A model generated the notes under the pieces. It was not told the DNA's origin. It searched no databases and saw only the letters and a list, made by a program, of their open reading frames with translations. DNA of 64,000 nt, taken from the NCBI GenBank assembly GCA_000091205.1, contig AP006494.2. One strand, written 5' to 3'. Positions 34,877 through 45,194 of this stretch are shown piece by piece. Each line of letters begins with the position of its first letter. Positions within the stretch are counted from its first letter, which is position 1. The position numbers and the translations under genes were made by a program. The stretch is from Cyanidioschyzon merolae. Taxonomy: Eukaryota.

Positions 34877-37800
34877 TCAGCATTGTTTGCGAGTATCTCG
34901 CGCCACGGTCCATTCCGGGATCGAGGCATTCAACGCCGTCGCCGGGGATGCGCCCAGAGTCGCCGTGCTCGAGAGCGCCTCGCGTCGTGCAACTAAATTC
35001 AAGCGCTCTGCGAAAAGCTCCTTCCGGTAAATCTCTACCTGCTCCCGCTCCCGAAGGAACTCCTCTTCGAGCTGCTCAAGTACTTTCATCTTTTCTTCGA
35101 GTTTCCTCACCTGAGTCTCGATCGCCTGTTCAGTAGCCCGGTGCAGCTCTAGATGCTCAATGGCGGCGAGCTCCGCGGCCCGAGTGGCCGCAGCGCCAAG
35201 CGCCGTTGCCGCAACGGCCTGGATTGCATTCGCATCCGCAAGCGCTTCCGGTGGTGCGTCGCTTTTCATGATCGCTGCCAACGCGGCCCGGGCAGCAGCA
35301 GCAGCGACATCCGGCGAGACGCTGTTCGCGAGAAACGCAATATGCGCCATCAAGGGGTTTCCGGCGTCGGCGAAGAGCGGCGGCTCGTTTCGTTCGGTCT
35401 GCGCCGTCTCGCCAGCTACAGCGGGTACCGCTAAACGACTCAAATCATCCTCGAGAAACGGATCTTCAATGGGTAGACGAATGAATTTGGTGATGCACGC
35501 ATCGCGGGAACGAGTGCCAACGTGCTGAGCAACCGCATCCCAGTCATCACCGTATGCCTCGATTCCTTCGAGAAGCTGCAGCACCTCAACATCAGTCCAG
35601 TCGTCCGTGCTCGGAGCTGTGAGGGTTCCAGTGGCGCTAGCCGCCGACCCCAGCGATAGAACAGGTCTTAATTCGATGAAATCTTTTCCATTGAAGTCCT
35701 CGGGAAACTTGCCCTGATGGTAGCATTCGGGGCACAGGTCCATATCGGCCTTGAGCAAACAGTGGTACCGGCGTTGGGAGCAGTCTCTCCCGCACACGTC
35801 ACACTGGTACTCAATGGCTGCCGCTGCGGCATATAATTCACGGCGCGTTGCCATGGGCGCCAGATGCATGCGCGATTTCGGAATACGCGACCCGTCGTCA
35901 AACAAGAATATGCGAGGAAGTCCGCCCTCAAGACCAGCTGAGCTTGCTGCCAGGCTTCCCGAGCTGGTGGAGATAAGCGTCGCACCGGAACCCGAAAACC
36001 CGCCGCTAACAGTCTGTGGGCGCGTCTCGGGTGCCACTCCGTAGTTAATCAGGCCCCACTGCTCCAGAAAGGCGTGCACACGCATGACGGCACCCACATC
36101 GCCAGCGAGATGCCTCCGAACAGCTGTGCCTGTTAGGTAGCGGGTCGGATCCTGCCGCCACGTGTCAATCATAAAATTTCGGTAAAGCATGTATACTTCG
36201 GGCGTTTTCGAAGCAAATTTCCCAGAGAAAAACTCCGGCAACGCGCGTCGCTCAATGTCGTGAATCGCATCGATGCGAAACCATCGGCTGTGCGCGGGAA
36301 CACGAATCGGCGACTTTTCACCAATCGCCGTGGCAGCAGCCGCAGCCGGAAGCGTTTCCCGCTCCGCGAGGCCACCGAGTGCCTCGGCGACGCGACGCGG
36401 TGCAAGCGATTCTCGATCACGTGGCGCGTGTGCTGCCGGCCCCGGAAGCGCATCCTCTTCGGCTGCCGCAGCGTCATTCCGCTCTTTTCGTCGTTCGCGT
36501 AATGCTTCTCGCTGCTGTGCTAACCTCTTCTGTAGCTGCTCATCCCGCGAAGATGCAGTTACATTGCGCATGCGCAGTGTCGCGTCATCTGGAACTAGCG
36601 GACGCACCGCTGGGCGTGAAATGCGCGGTGCAGCGCCGGCCGCAGCGCTTGGCTGCTCCGCATCGACCGCAGCGCCAGTCTCCGTTGTGAACGTGATCGG
36701 GCCAGCAATATTCGGTGCCGGAACTTGCTCCGCGGGTGCATTGCTCGAGCTTCCCGCGTCCTGGCTCGCTATCGGCGGTGCCAAGCGAACCTTGATCTTC
36801 ATCGGCTCTGCGGATTCCTCTCGGACGGCGCGCACCGTCACCCGTTCTGGCGTGCCGTCTGGCTCCGGCTTCACGGGACTCGGTTCAGCGGATTTTCGTT
36901 TCGACGGCGTCGGTGCTGCGGTCTTCGACTCGGATCCTCGCAGGTGGCCATCGATGCGCGAGGCCGATGGCGGTTTCCACTCATCGACATTGAGCTTCTC
37001 CTCTTCGGGTATTACCTCATAGTCGTTTTCATTGCACCACTCATTGAACTTTTCGCAATCCTCGAGAAATCTTTTCTGCACATGCCATATTTTGCCCTCA
37101 ATCACTCCGGAGAGATTCTCCTCCTCTCCGTGCAGTTCGCCGTCGGGATCTTCTACCTCCTGAGCGGGAATCCATGAATCGTACGAATCGGGAAAGTACC
37201 ACCAGTGCGTCAGTACTTGATTCCCTTTCCTTTTCAGACTCACGCAGTAGTCCTCTGCCTCGGTCTCAGCCTCTGTCGTGCCGGGTGGATCGGGGTACAC
37301 AATATGTGTTGCCTCGCGAGGCGACGAAACGACGGACGCACCATGCTTCCTTGCAATGGCGCTGAGGCGGTCAATCTCCGCCGAACCCAATGCCGGTGCG
37401 AAAAACAACCGCGGCATCTGGAGCTGTTTCCGTTTTATCAGTTCCCGCTCAACTTCTTGGAGCATCTCTAAAAAAACTCCAGTCATATCGGGTTTGTGGA
37501 GATCAAAACGCCGTATTCCACGAGCAACCCTGAACCGAAAACAGCACTCGAGAATCGTACGCAATGAGCCGTGTGCCGAATAGTCGTGAAAGAGACGATT
37601 CGGCAGTTTCGTCATGAAACCCCGAATTTCTGGCGGCTCGACGGAGTTCCGTCCGAGAACCCGCTCTTGAAACTGAAGCAGGTTACCGGTCAGGAGGCTC
37701 AGCGCGCGCGGGGAGACGTCCACAGAGTCGCCGGGTCGAAACCCCAGTTGTTCCGGCGGTTCAGCGTTTAGCTGTGCCGAGATTGCCTCGAACTTCGCAA

Positions 37801-38044
37801 TTTGATGAGGATCCTCGTAGTCTTTCATGGATATATTACAGGACTTTACCCGCTTCCGCCGCGAATCCGCAGGTCTCTGACCTTCAGCTGACGGAAAAGC
37901 AGTGTCTTCCCGCGCATCCGCTGCAGCTCCTGTGCGCACTTCTTCAGACGGGGTAGACGTCGACTTGTTCCCGTCCGGGATGTGTGTTCCGTTGCCTTGC
38001 TGCTCTCGCGCGGTGCGGGAGCGTCTCTTCCGCGGGGGAACCAT
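34877..38044 (-). CDS. SWI/SNF complex subunit SWI3/SMARCC homolog
   Basis: SWIRM domain (IPAHSRWFRIDAIHDIERRALPEFF...YRNFMIDTWRQDPTRYLT...VHAFLEQWGLINY). ZZ zinc finger (YQCDVCGRDCSQRRYHCLLKADMDLCPECYHQGKFPEDF). SANT domain (DDWTDVEVLQLLEGIEAYGDDWDAVAQHVGTRSRDACITKFIRLPIED). C-terminal coiled coil / Leu zipper. The ORF-track start is GTG at 38053; ATG is at 38044. The conserved N-terminal region begins near MKDYEDP (about 37837), so the true start could be there. Confidence 0.85.
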   Translation of the reverse strand: MVPPRKRRSRTAREQQGNGTHIPDGNKSTSTPSEEVRTGAAADAREDTAFPSAEGQRPADSRRKRVKSCNISMKDYEDPHQIAKFEAISAQLNAEPPEQLGFRPGDSVDVSPRALSLLTGNLLQFQERVLGRNSVEPPEIRGFMTKLPNRLFHDYSAHGSLRTILECCFRFRVARGIRRFDLHKPDMTGVFLEMLQEVERELIKRKQLQMPRLFFAPALGSAEIDRLSAIARKHGASVVSSPREATHIVYPDPPGTTEAETEAEDYCVSLKRKGNQVLTHWWYFPDSYDSWIPAQEVEDPDGELHGEEENLSGVIEGKIWHVQKRFLEDCEKFNEWCNENDYEVIPEEEKLNVDEWKPPSASRIDGHLRGSESKTAAPTPSKRKSAEPSPVKPEPDGTPERVTVRAVREESAEPMKIKVRLAPPIASQDAGSSSNAPAEQVPAPNIAGPITFTTETGAAVDAEQPSAAAGAAPRISRPAVRPLVPDDATLRMRNVTASSRDEQLQKRLAQQREALRERRKERNDAAAAEEDALPGPAAHAPRDRESLAPRRVAEALGGLAERETLPAAAAATAIGEKSPIRVPAHSRWFRIDAIHDIERRALPEFFSGKFASKTPEVYMLYRNFMIDTWRQDPTRYLTGTAVRRHLAGDVGAVMRVHAFLEQWGLINYGVAPETRPQTVSGGFSGSGATLISTSSGSLAASSAGLEGGLPRIFLFDDGSRIPKSRMHLAPMATRRELYAAAAAIEYQCDVCGRDCSQRRYHCLLKADMDLCPECYHQGKFPEDFNGKDFIELRPVLSLGSAASATGTLTAPSTDDWTDVEVLQLLEGIEAYGDDWDAVAQHVGTRSRDACITKFIRLPIEDPFLEDDLSRLAVPAVAGETAQTERNEPPLFADAGNPLMAHIAFLANSVSPDVAAAAARAALAAIMKSDAPPEALADANAIQAVAATALGAAATRAAELAAIEHLELHRATEQAIETQVRKLEEKMKVLEQLEEEFLREREQVEIYRKELFAERLNLVARREALSSTATLGASPATALNASIPEWTVARDTRKQC

Positions 38045-38054
38045 GAAAAACACG

Positions 38055-39730
38055 TCACAGAGTTACTAGCTCCACCGAAAGACTTTCAATAGTCGATAGC
38101 TTGAATATCAGTATACAGTAGTGGCGAGCTGCGCGCCCTAGATCATACGTCTCCAACTGATGCGCAGATGCCTCCCTGTCTTTTTTGGACCGGCCATCTA
38201 CTACTGGTTTCAACTTGTTTCCGTAAAATTCCACCTGGAGAGGTTCCCCCACAAAGTTGGCTCTTGTCAACTCTGGAGGCCTTCTTTCCATCACCGCACA
38301 TCTCCTGATATTGATAGCGACATTAAAGTCTCGGTTCACAAACTCCATACGTTTCTTGCCATCATTGGTTGTACTATCCGATGTGATTAGTCCACGATCT
38401 TTCGCCATCCCTTCCGGTGACTGCTTCGTCAGCGCTCCGTACTTTGATATATCCACAGGGCTCCTCTGGCACTTTTCGATCTGCACGCTCTGGAGTGTGC
38501 AACCCAGCTCATGGTGTGTATACGATGTTCGGAACTCATCTACAGGTATCGTAACGAGACGCCTTGCGCACTCCTTGTACGCTCTTGTCGTCGGAGCTGG
38601 TGGACATCCTTTTTGGGTCATCCAGCGCCCTGTTCCGCACGCTACTACGAGCCTCTGACTTTCATCCTCTTTGAAGGCACTCAACTCATTGAAAAAATTC
38701 GCGAATGCACGCGGTTTCCCACAATACAAGTTCATACGCAAACGAGCCCACCGGGGCTTTGCATACTCATTCCACAGTGCATCCCAATGAGCAACGCGAA
38801 CTTCCATGAATTCCTGACAAGCTTGAAAGTCTGCTCCGCGGCTCGTCATCTGGTTCATAGCTTCAAGGTGCTCTTGCATTCCTGCATTTCACGTCTCATT
38901 TTTCCCTCGCATTCAGTATTCCCGACTCTCGGTGATATCCCGCTCGTGAGAGGTTTAACTGATGCATGTCTTTCTGGCATAAATTGCCTTCAATACCATC
39001 CTCCGCAAGCTTGGGTACTGCGATGGTTATGATATTCGTATTCCCAGGGTCCGCGCCATCGACAATGTCGTTCTCATGCACTTCCTGCGTCGTAGGATAC
39101 ACCTGCTTCTTTTCTTCATGCTTCGTCATGGGCGATATCGAAGACGGACCAGTACGATCTGTCTCCAAGCGCCGATTGTGTACATATATGGCTACTCCAT
39201 CGCGTTCGATCATCCCCGTGAGTACATTTCGCTTGTCCTTTTTGTGACGTTTGAAATCGAAGATATTCTTCCAAGTACGTCTCCTGCTTTGTACCGGTGA
39301 ACTCTGTCTTCCTTACATCGAACTCCGGACAGATCTCCTTCATGATGCCGTACAGGATTCTGGAGTCGATCGTCACAACGCGTGACTTGATGTTGCACAA
39401 CGGCAGGACGTTGAAGTGCTTTCCCAGAAGCGCAGCCTTCCGTTTCTCCGACTCTTCATTTTTTCCCGCGCCTACGTCCTTTCCAGTCTTGCGTTCGAGG
39501 TCTCGGTCCAAAAACACGAGATAGTGCAGGATTAGGGTATAGGATCCTTTACCATATTTTTCCATATTTGATATTTTTTCTTGTGAATTCGCCAACCCCA
39601 GTACCGCAAGGTGCTTTCGAATAGCCGCGCGGATCACAGAAGCTTCATTCCTTCTCCTGCGTGACATCTTCCCGTCGACGAGTTCGATCTCTTGTGCATT
39701 CTTACTCTCGTTCGCGACGCCATTGATCAT
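38055..39730 (-). pseudogene. TnpB/Fanzor-like (OMEGA-family) RuvC nuclease gene, broken over three reading frames (39730-39116, 39213-38896, 38879-38055)
   Basis: Fragment 2 carries a RuvC-I-like motif, DIVDGADPGNTNIITIAV (GIDPG-type). Fragment 3 carries the TnpB C-terminal module YKECARRLVTIPVDEFRTSYTHHELGC....KCQRS, which is the bridge plus a degenerate zinc finger, and RuvC-III FVNRDFNVAINIRRC (DRDxNAAxNI-type). Fragment 1 starts at a verified ATG (39730) with an in-frame stop just upstream. The frames shift at about 39120-39210 and about 38880-38896. No convincing intron signals were found, so the gene is either frameshifted (degenerate) or contains unconventional introns. Confidence 0.6.
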
Positions 39731-41710
39731 GGCTCATCTCCCTTTCCGAGCGAGACCCGGGTACAGCGCAAAGACGGCGCGTACCATGAAGCGTTTGGCG
39801 TTCATGGTCATCTGCTTCCTCAGGTTCGTGAGGTACTTCATTGCCCCGTAGGCGTAGACCTACGCGAGTCACCTCTGTATCTAGAACCGCTGCAGCGGTA
39901 TTTGGGGTAATTCTCGTTGAGGGCATGCACTCGCTCATTTTCGCCGACGTTTCCCCTCTACCAACGATCAAGTGGCAAATAAAGGTCCTGCTGAAAAAAA
40001 TCCTCCGGAACCGCGACTGTTTTGATGTCTGTCAGGTCGCGATACATCTATTTCACCAAATGCATTAGTCCTGAAAGAGCCTTTACATTACTCACGGAGT
40101 ATGACACGACACGGTTTCTGATGGCCTCTCGCATCTTTGCCTTGTACGCATTCTTGGTATGTCCAAGAGGACAGACTCTCACCACCGACTCTTCGTACTG
40201 TCGCCTTTCTTGCAGCCTTTGATGTCGGGCTTCCTTCTTTTGCTCCTTCTTCTCGTCCTGTTCTTCTTTGCTTAGCACTATTTTTCATTCTCTCCGTAAG
40301 TCGGCGACACTGTGCCTCCGGGATCCTCCACTTGCTTTTCCATACCTTTCCTTTTTAATTTTTTATGAAAAATAACGCTCGTTAAACGCGTCTGGTAGAA
40401 ACCGCGAAAAATCACTTTCGTTCACTGACATTAGGATTAGAACACAATTGAATTGAAAAACTATACGTTTCCACAACTTTAATGCAAATACAACTTGACC
40501 GGTAGAGCAACAAGACAACGAATGGTCACGAATGCATTTCCCTTCAAAGGCGACATGCGCGTCGTGTCTCGAGGCTGCCAGGTTTGGAGATGCGCGTATC
40601 GAGCGCGCTATATAGAACAAAGAACAGAGACTCACTTGTAACTAGCAACGAGATAACGAGTTCTTTCCCTGTCTACGATCAACGTCAAAAATGGGGAAAA
40701 GATTTCCATATTGTCCAAAATATTCCTCATAGGCGGACGGTCCCGCGAGCCGGACAAGTCTACCAGGCTGGTGCTTCCTGCTCCCCCAGCGGCAGGCGCT
40801 TTCGTGAACTCCGAGCAGCGCGTCCGCAACGCCATTCATTGTGGAATTACAAGTCGGCAGAATGCTTCTGGGCGTGTCGCCCTGGTCGCAGAGGGCTCCT
40901 AATACGCTGCTTCACGCTGCCGCAGGCAGAGGGTCTGTCTGCCCAGGTATCAGCCTCTCAAAATGATATTTAGCCCTGATTCCGTAGCAGATGGAGCACG
41001 CCTCGAGCCGATGCCCTCTGTGGTATAAAAAAGCCGTTCTGGCTCTAAGAACTATCTGCTCCAGCTGTTCAGGCGCAAAGGCGGATACGGAAAGGCAGGC
41101 ACTAGGCACACGATAGGACATAGGAAACGACCAGAATATCCGAGAAGAAATGTAGGTAATGTAACTTGGATGTAGGGGGTTTGATGGATACTTCACCGTG
41201 CACTGAAAAAAAAACACACGAAAAAGTAAGAAAAGAAAAATGCGCTCCATCGGGGAACGCTGGCCTGCGTTTTGTCATCGCATCGCGCCGGCCGCCAGGC
41301 AGGCTCCTGCCCAGCAATCGCGTCCCTGCGCTACTGGCCGCAGCGTTTCGATGCATCGCATCTGTTTCACCTCCGTGCACTGCTGCGGATCTGATGCGCT
41401 CCGCGAGATCGCAGCGCGCAGCCGCCACCGGCGTGCTGGAGCGCGTTATCAAAATTCAAATAGCAGCAGCGGAGGCTCTGCGTACGCTGCTGGCCGTCGT
41501 CGTGCATCAGCGCTGCGCCGTCGCAAACGCTGCCTACGAACCTTGAAGTTGGCTTGTTGTGTGCTTGGTTTCGTCGAGTGGTTTCGTAGGAGTCTCGACA
41601 TTGTTAGGCCCGATATCCGCTCAAGTTTGTACTCGCAAAACGTCAGTTTGTGAAAAAGTTCTTGCTGCATAGCTTCGTATACGAAAAGATATTTGAGAGA
41701 GTTCTGCACC

Positions 41711-42469
41711 ATGAAAACTCAGCAGCGGCCTGTGCTTGCTTATGCGCACTATATCTCGGACGACTTGAAAACCGGCAAGAAAGGGTCGGTGACGCTAGAA
41801 AAACCAGCCTCTGGGTCACCCATTCTCACGCTGGTTTATAAACTGAGCAATGATTTGAAGGTTTTCGCAACGGCGTCTGTGAAGAACTTCCAAGCGTCGA
41901 AAGTAGGTGGGGCGGTCTCGCTCCGTAACGTGAAGAAAGTGCGAAGCGGTGTGCTTGATATGGTTGTCGACGTTAAAGATGAGGACCGCCGAACAACTTA
42001 CACGTACCAGACGGTTGTTGACGACAAGAACAAGTACTCTCTGGCTGTTTCTGCAAATGGTGGCCCGCTCGGCGTCTTTAAAAAGGAAGAGGAACGCAGG
42101 GCCCATATCAAATGGGACGCAACCCTTGACGATATCGATGCGCTACAAATCAAGTACTCTTTCGCTTCGGACAACGATGTCGATGTCAAGTTGACTCATC
42201 GTGTGGATGACAAATGGAGCTGGGATGCCACGTATCACTACAAGAACGAGTCGTTCAGCGCGAATCTCATTCGCCGGATCTCGGACGACAAGAGCCTGAA
42301 AATCGGAGGCAACTTTCGGAGCAAGGCCTATCAGGTGGAATACAAAATCGGGGCGGAGGATGGCGGGCCCTATATCTTCACCCTTAAGGGAATGGTGGAT
42401 GAGAACTCAAAACTGCGTGACACGCTCAACCAGTCAGAGTTTGGTCTGAAGAAACGTTTCGATTTTTAA
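41711..42469 (+). CDS. hypothetical beta-strand-rich protein ending in Phe (possible organellar outer-membrane beta-barrel); function unknown
   Basis: ORF 41693..42469 has a TTG start; ATG is at 41711. The protein is 252 aa with alternating polar/hydrophobic beta-like segments (YSLAVSANG, VDVKLTHRVDD, YIFTLKGMVD) and a C-terminal ...KKRFDF. No family recognised. Confidence 0.45.
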   Translation: MKTQQRPVLAYAHYISDDLKTGKKGSVTLEKPASGSPILTLVYKLSNDLKVFATASVKNFQASKVGGAVSLRNVKKVRSGVLDMVVDVKDEDRRTTYTYQTVVDDKNKYSLAVSANGGPLGVFKKEEERRAHIKWDATLDDIDALQIKYSFASDNDVDVKLTHRVDDKWSWDATYHYKNESFSANLIRRISDDKSLKIGGNFRSKAYQVEYKIGAEDGGPYIFTLKGMVDENSKLRDTLNQSEFGLKKRFDF

Positions 42470-42731
42470 CGTAAGTTTTCAAATCCCTGGCCGGAGGCTG
42501 TACTGGGAGTACACGGCTAACTGAAATAAAGATACGTGAGACCGTCGAGTCGACCTCTTGACCATTCCAGCAATGCCAAATTTGTTGTACCATGCGATGC
42601 GTTGAAGCGCCACGCGGGATGTTGCATCTCCAGCGCGGACGCATCCGCTTTGCCCCAGGTGCTGCAACTTCAGAGGTTACCAGTCAAACCGAAACAACGC
42701 GACATTAAGAAATGCACTCCCGTCGTCGCTG

Positions 42732-43664
42732 TCATTCACCTGCTAAAGATGCCGCCTGCCCGCTATCATGCTCTTGCAGCGCTTCTAACAGGCGGTGCAT
42801 ACGCTCCTCGTACCTCTCGAGCGCAAGCGCGAGCGCTTCGCCCTCAGCCATCGTTAGGTCGGCTAGTTCCGCTGCGTCGCGGAATGCGGTGATCTCCTCG
42901 CTCCATAAGCGAAACTGCTGCTCTCGTCCAGAGGCATATGCACTCCAGCCAGAATCACCGCCGCTGTTGCGATGATGATCCGAAACTGTAGGCACATCTG
43001 GTGCGTCCGTAGGCCTCGAGGCAGCACCAGGCTGATACGACGGGAACGGCTCATGGCCGCTGCACGGACGCAAGGTCTCGTGCTCTGGCGTTGCTTCCGA
43101 CGGGTCCATCATTGGCCCCGCTCCTCTCAACAACAGCATCGTGTCGTCGACCCCAGCACCACTTTCCGAGTCGTCAGCCGACGGCCGCGGCGGCGGCACG
43201 TACATACTGGCAATTCGAACGGCATCCCCAAGGATGTTCGTACAGCAGTGACGCACGGCCCGTGAGCTCGCGGGCTCTCGCATGATGTTATCCGAGTCCA
43301 AAAGAACCTTAATGGCGTGTTCGAGCTGAGCCTCTGTTGGCACGTCTGGCCCATGGAGCTCGTAGTCTGTCTCATTCGCCTCGGTATCCGAAACTGTGTC
43401 GCCTGCGCGACTTTCAGTCGACGCTCTGTCGGAAGGTGTACTTGAAGATGACCCAACGCTCTCAAAGTTATCCTCAGTAAGCGAGCTCGAATCAGAGCTA
43501 CTAAACCGACACGAGAGGCGGTTGCCGTGCGCGTCGACGGTCTCCCAGGAAGGCTTCAGATACCAGCGCAAAACGCGACGCCAACGACGCTCCTCGCACG
43601 ACGTGGCGGCCTCGACTGCCCGAACCCACTCTCGATAGTCGAAGCGGTCGTCACCATATTCCAT
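42732..43664 (-). CDS. hypothetical acidic, Ser-rich low-complexity protein
   Basis: A 310-aa ORF with a verified ATG. No recognisable domain. Its position and length fit the local gene spacing. Confidence 0.4.
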   Translation of the reverse strand: MEYGDDRFDYREWVRAVEAATSCEERRWRRVLRWYLKPSWETVDAHGNRLSCRFSSSDSSSLTEDNFESVGSSSSTPSDRASTESRAGDTVSDTEANETDYELHGPDVPTEAQLEHAIKVLLDSDNIMREPASSRAVRHCCTNILGDAVRIASMYVPPPRPSADDSESGAGVDDTMLLLRGAGPMMDPSEATPEHETLRPCSGHEPFPSYQPGAASRPTDAPDVPTVSDHHRNSGGDSGWSAYASGREQQFRLWSEEITAFRDAAELADLTMAEGEALALALERYEERMHRLLEALQEHDSGQAASLAGE

Positions 43665-45194
43665 GGATTCGCTCCAACAACCATTACAGAGCAGACCGTG
43701 TGCCCTAGTGCACGCAAAGTTCCGTCACCCGAACCGCGTCTATGCCAGCGAAACGCATCTAAAGCCCTAGCCCTCAGCGACCTGACACGGCTTCCTTGCT
43801 GACTGCACCTCTACGAAGCGAGCAGTACTCAGTGGTGCGAAGCGCAGTCGACGAGTCAGAGAAGGGACAGCAATGCTGGAACTGGATCCTATTTGAAGCC
43901 ACGGTGAATACAACCGTTCTGTAAGCGTTGTTGCGCGCACGCGTTCTAGTCTTTCAACTCGGTTCTGTGACACCCCAGGGAGATGGAACCGAATGCTATT
44001 CCGCATTGTATGGCAGGAGATCGAAACCACGATGCACAATGCTGTATAGGTCGAAGACGAATTGCCTGTAGCATCTATTCGTTACTGAACAGTGCAAGGG
44101 GGACTACATTCCTTCTTCAGGTCAGTCATACAACAGCACTCAGATGGACGAGGAATACTGAAAGGGAGAAGTGCATGCGCTTCGTACCAAAACCGTTGTT
44201 CTCAAAGAGTGCTTATGGTCAGTGGTATAAAACAAACCATTGAACACCTGACGGAAAGCAAAATCAACGATAGCAGCCACCTCGGATGTCTCTGTCTCTC
44301 AACAGCTTGTTCGTGTAGTCCTGCAAACACTGGAATAACGTCGCAAAAAAAGTCCTAGTTCGATCAAGATCAACTTTCACTGAAATCGCGCCTACAGCAA
44401 CCCTGGAACGTTGTGATCGGTATGAAGCAGAGCAACGTCGGTTTATTTTAGTCGATTAGACTTTCCTCGGGTGAAATGGTTAGAGCGTATACGGGTATTC
44501 GCGAAGCAGATATCCCATTCTATATACGATTGACCTCGAAGAGAACGAGGATTTCATCTGTTCTAACTGTGGTGGATTCATTCGCCTGCCTCGATTTCGC
44601 TCGTAACGAAGGCTCATACAACAGTACCAAACACTCTGTCGAATCGTTGAAGACTTGCCCCTGTCATCTAGTGACGTCCTTCAATTAGGCAACATGGTAT
44701 ATGGCCTCTAGCCTTGGGTTCGGACTTTTGCCGTTTCTGTTGAGGCCGAGCTGCTTTCCATTCGTCCGTACGCTCCGAGGTTCAACTCCATCGAAAGAGC
44801 GTTTTCTATTGTGAAGCGTAATAATCGCTACATCCTGCGAATCGCTGAAGCGTTTCGCAAATTGTGACAACAAGGCATATGTCATCTTTCTTCCGCAAGT
44901 CCTTTTTCCTCCGGGAACCTCCGCACCTCTTGGCATAAACGAGAGCATTCATTTTCAAAAGTAAAAACTCAAGGAAAATGTATAGAAATGTAAGCCGGGG
45001 ATCCTGGCTGTCTGGGGTGCCTGACTGCTGGAAACAAAAGGAACCCATTTCCATGCTCACAGGAACAGGAGAGAACCACGAAAGCACGAGCAGGAGACCA
45101 GACCTCAAAACTTGCCCAAAAGGGGAGACTACGACGAGCCTGTAGTGAACGTCTGCCTTCCTGGTCATACAAAACATCCGTACAAACAAAGGTA

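Noticed and set aside
38055-39730. Calling the three Fanzor-like fragments an intact spliced gene with defined introns.
   Set aside because: A GTAAGG donor exists at 39316 (minus strand), but I found no matching acceptor that restores frame. The 38879-38896 junction has no usable GT/AG. So I report it as frameshifted or unresolved, not as a gene model.
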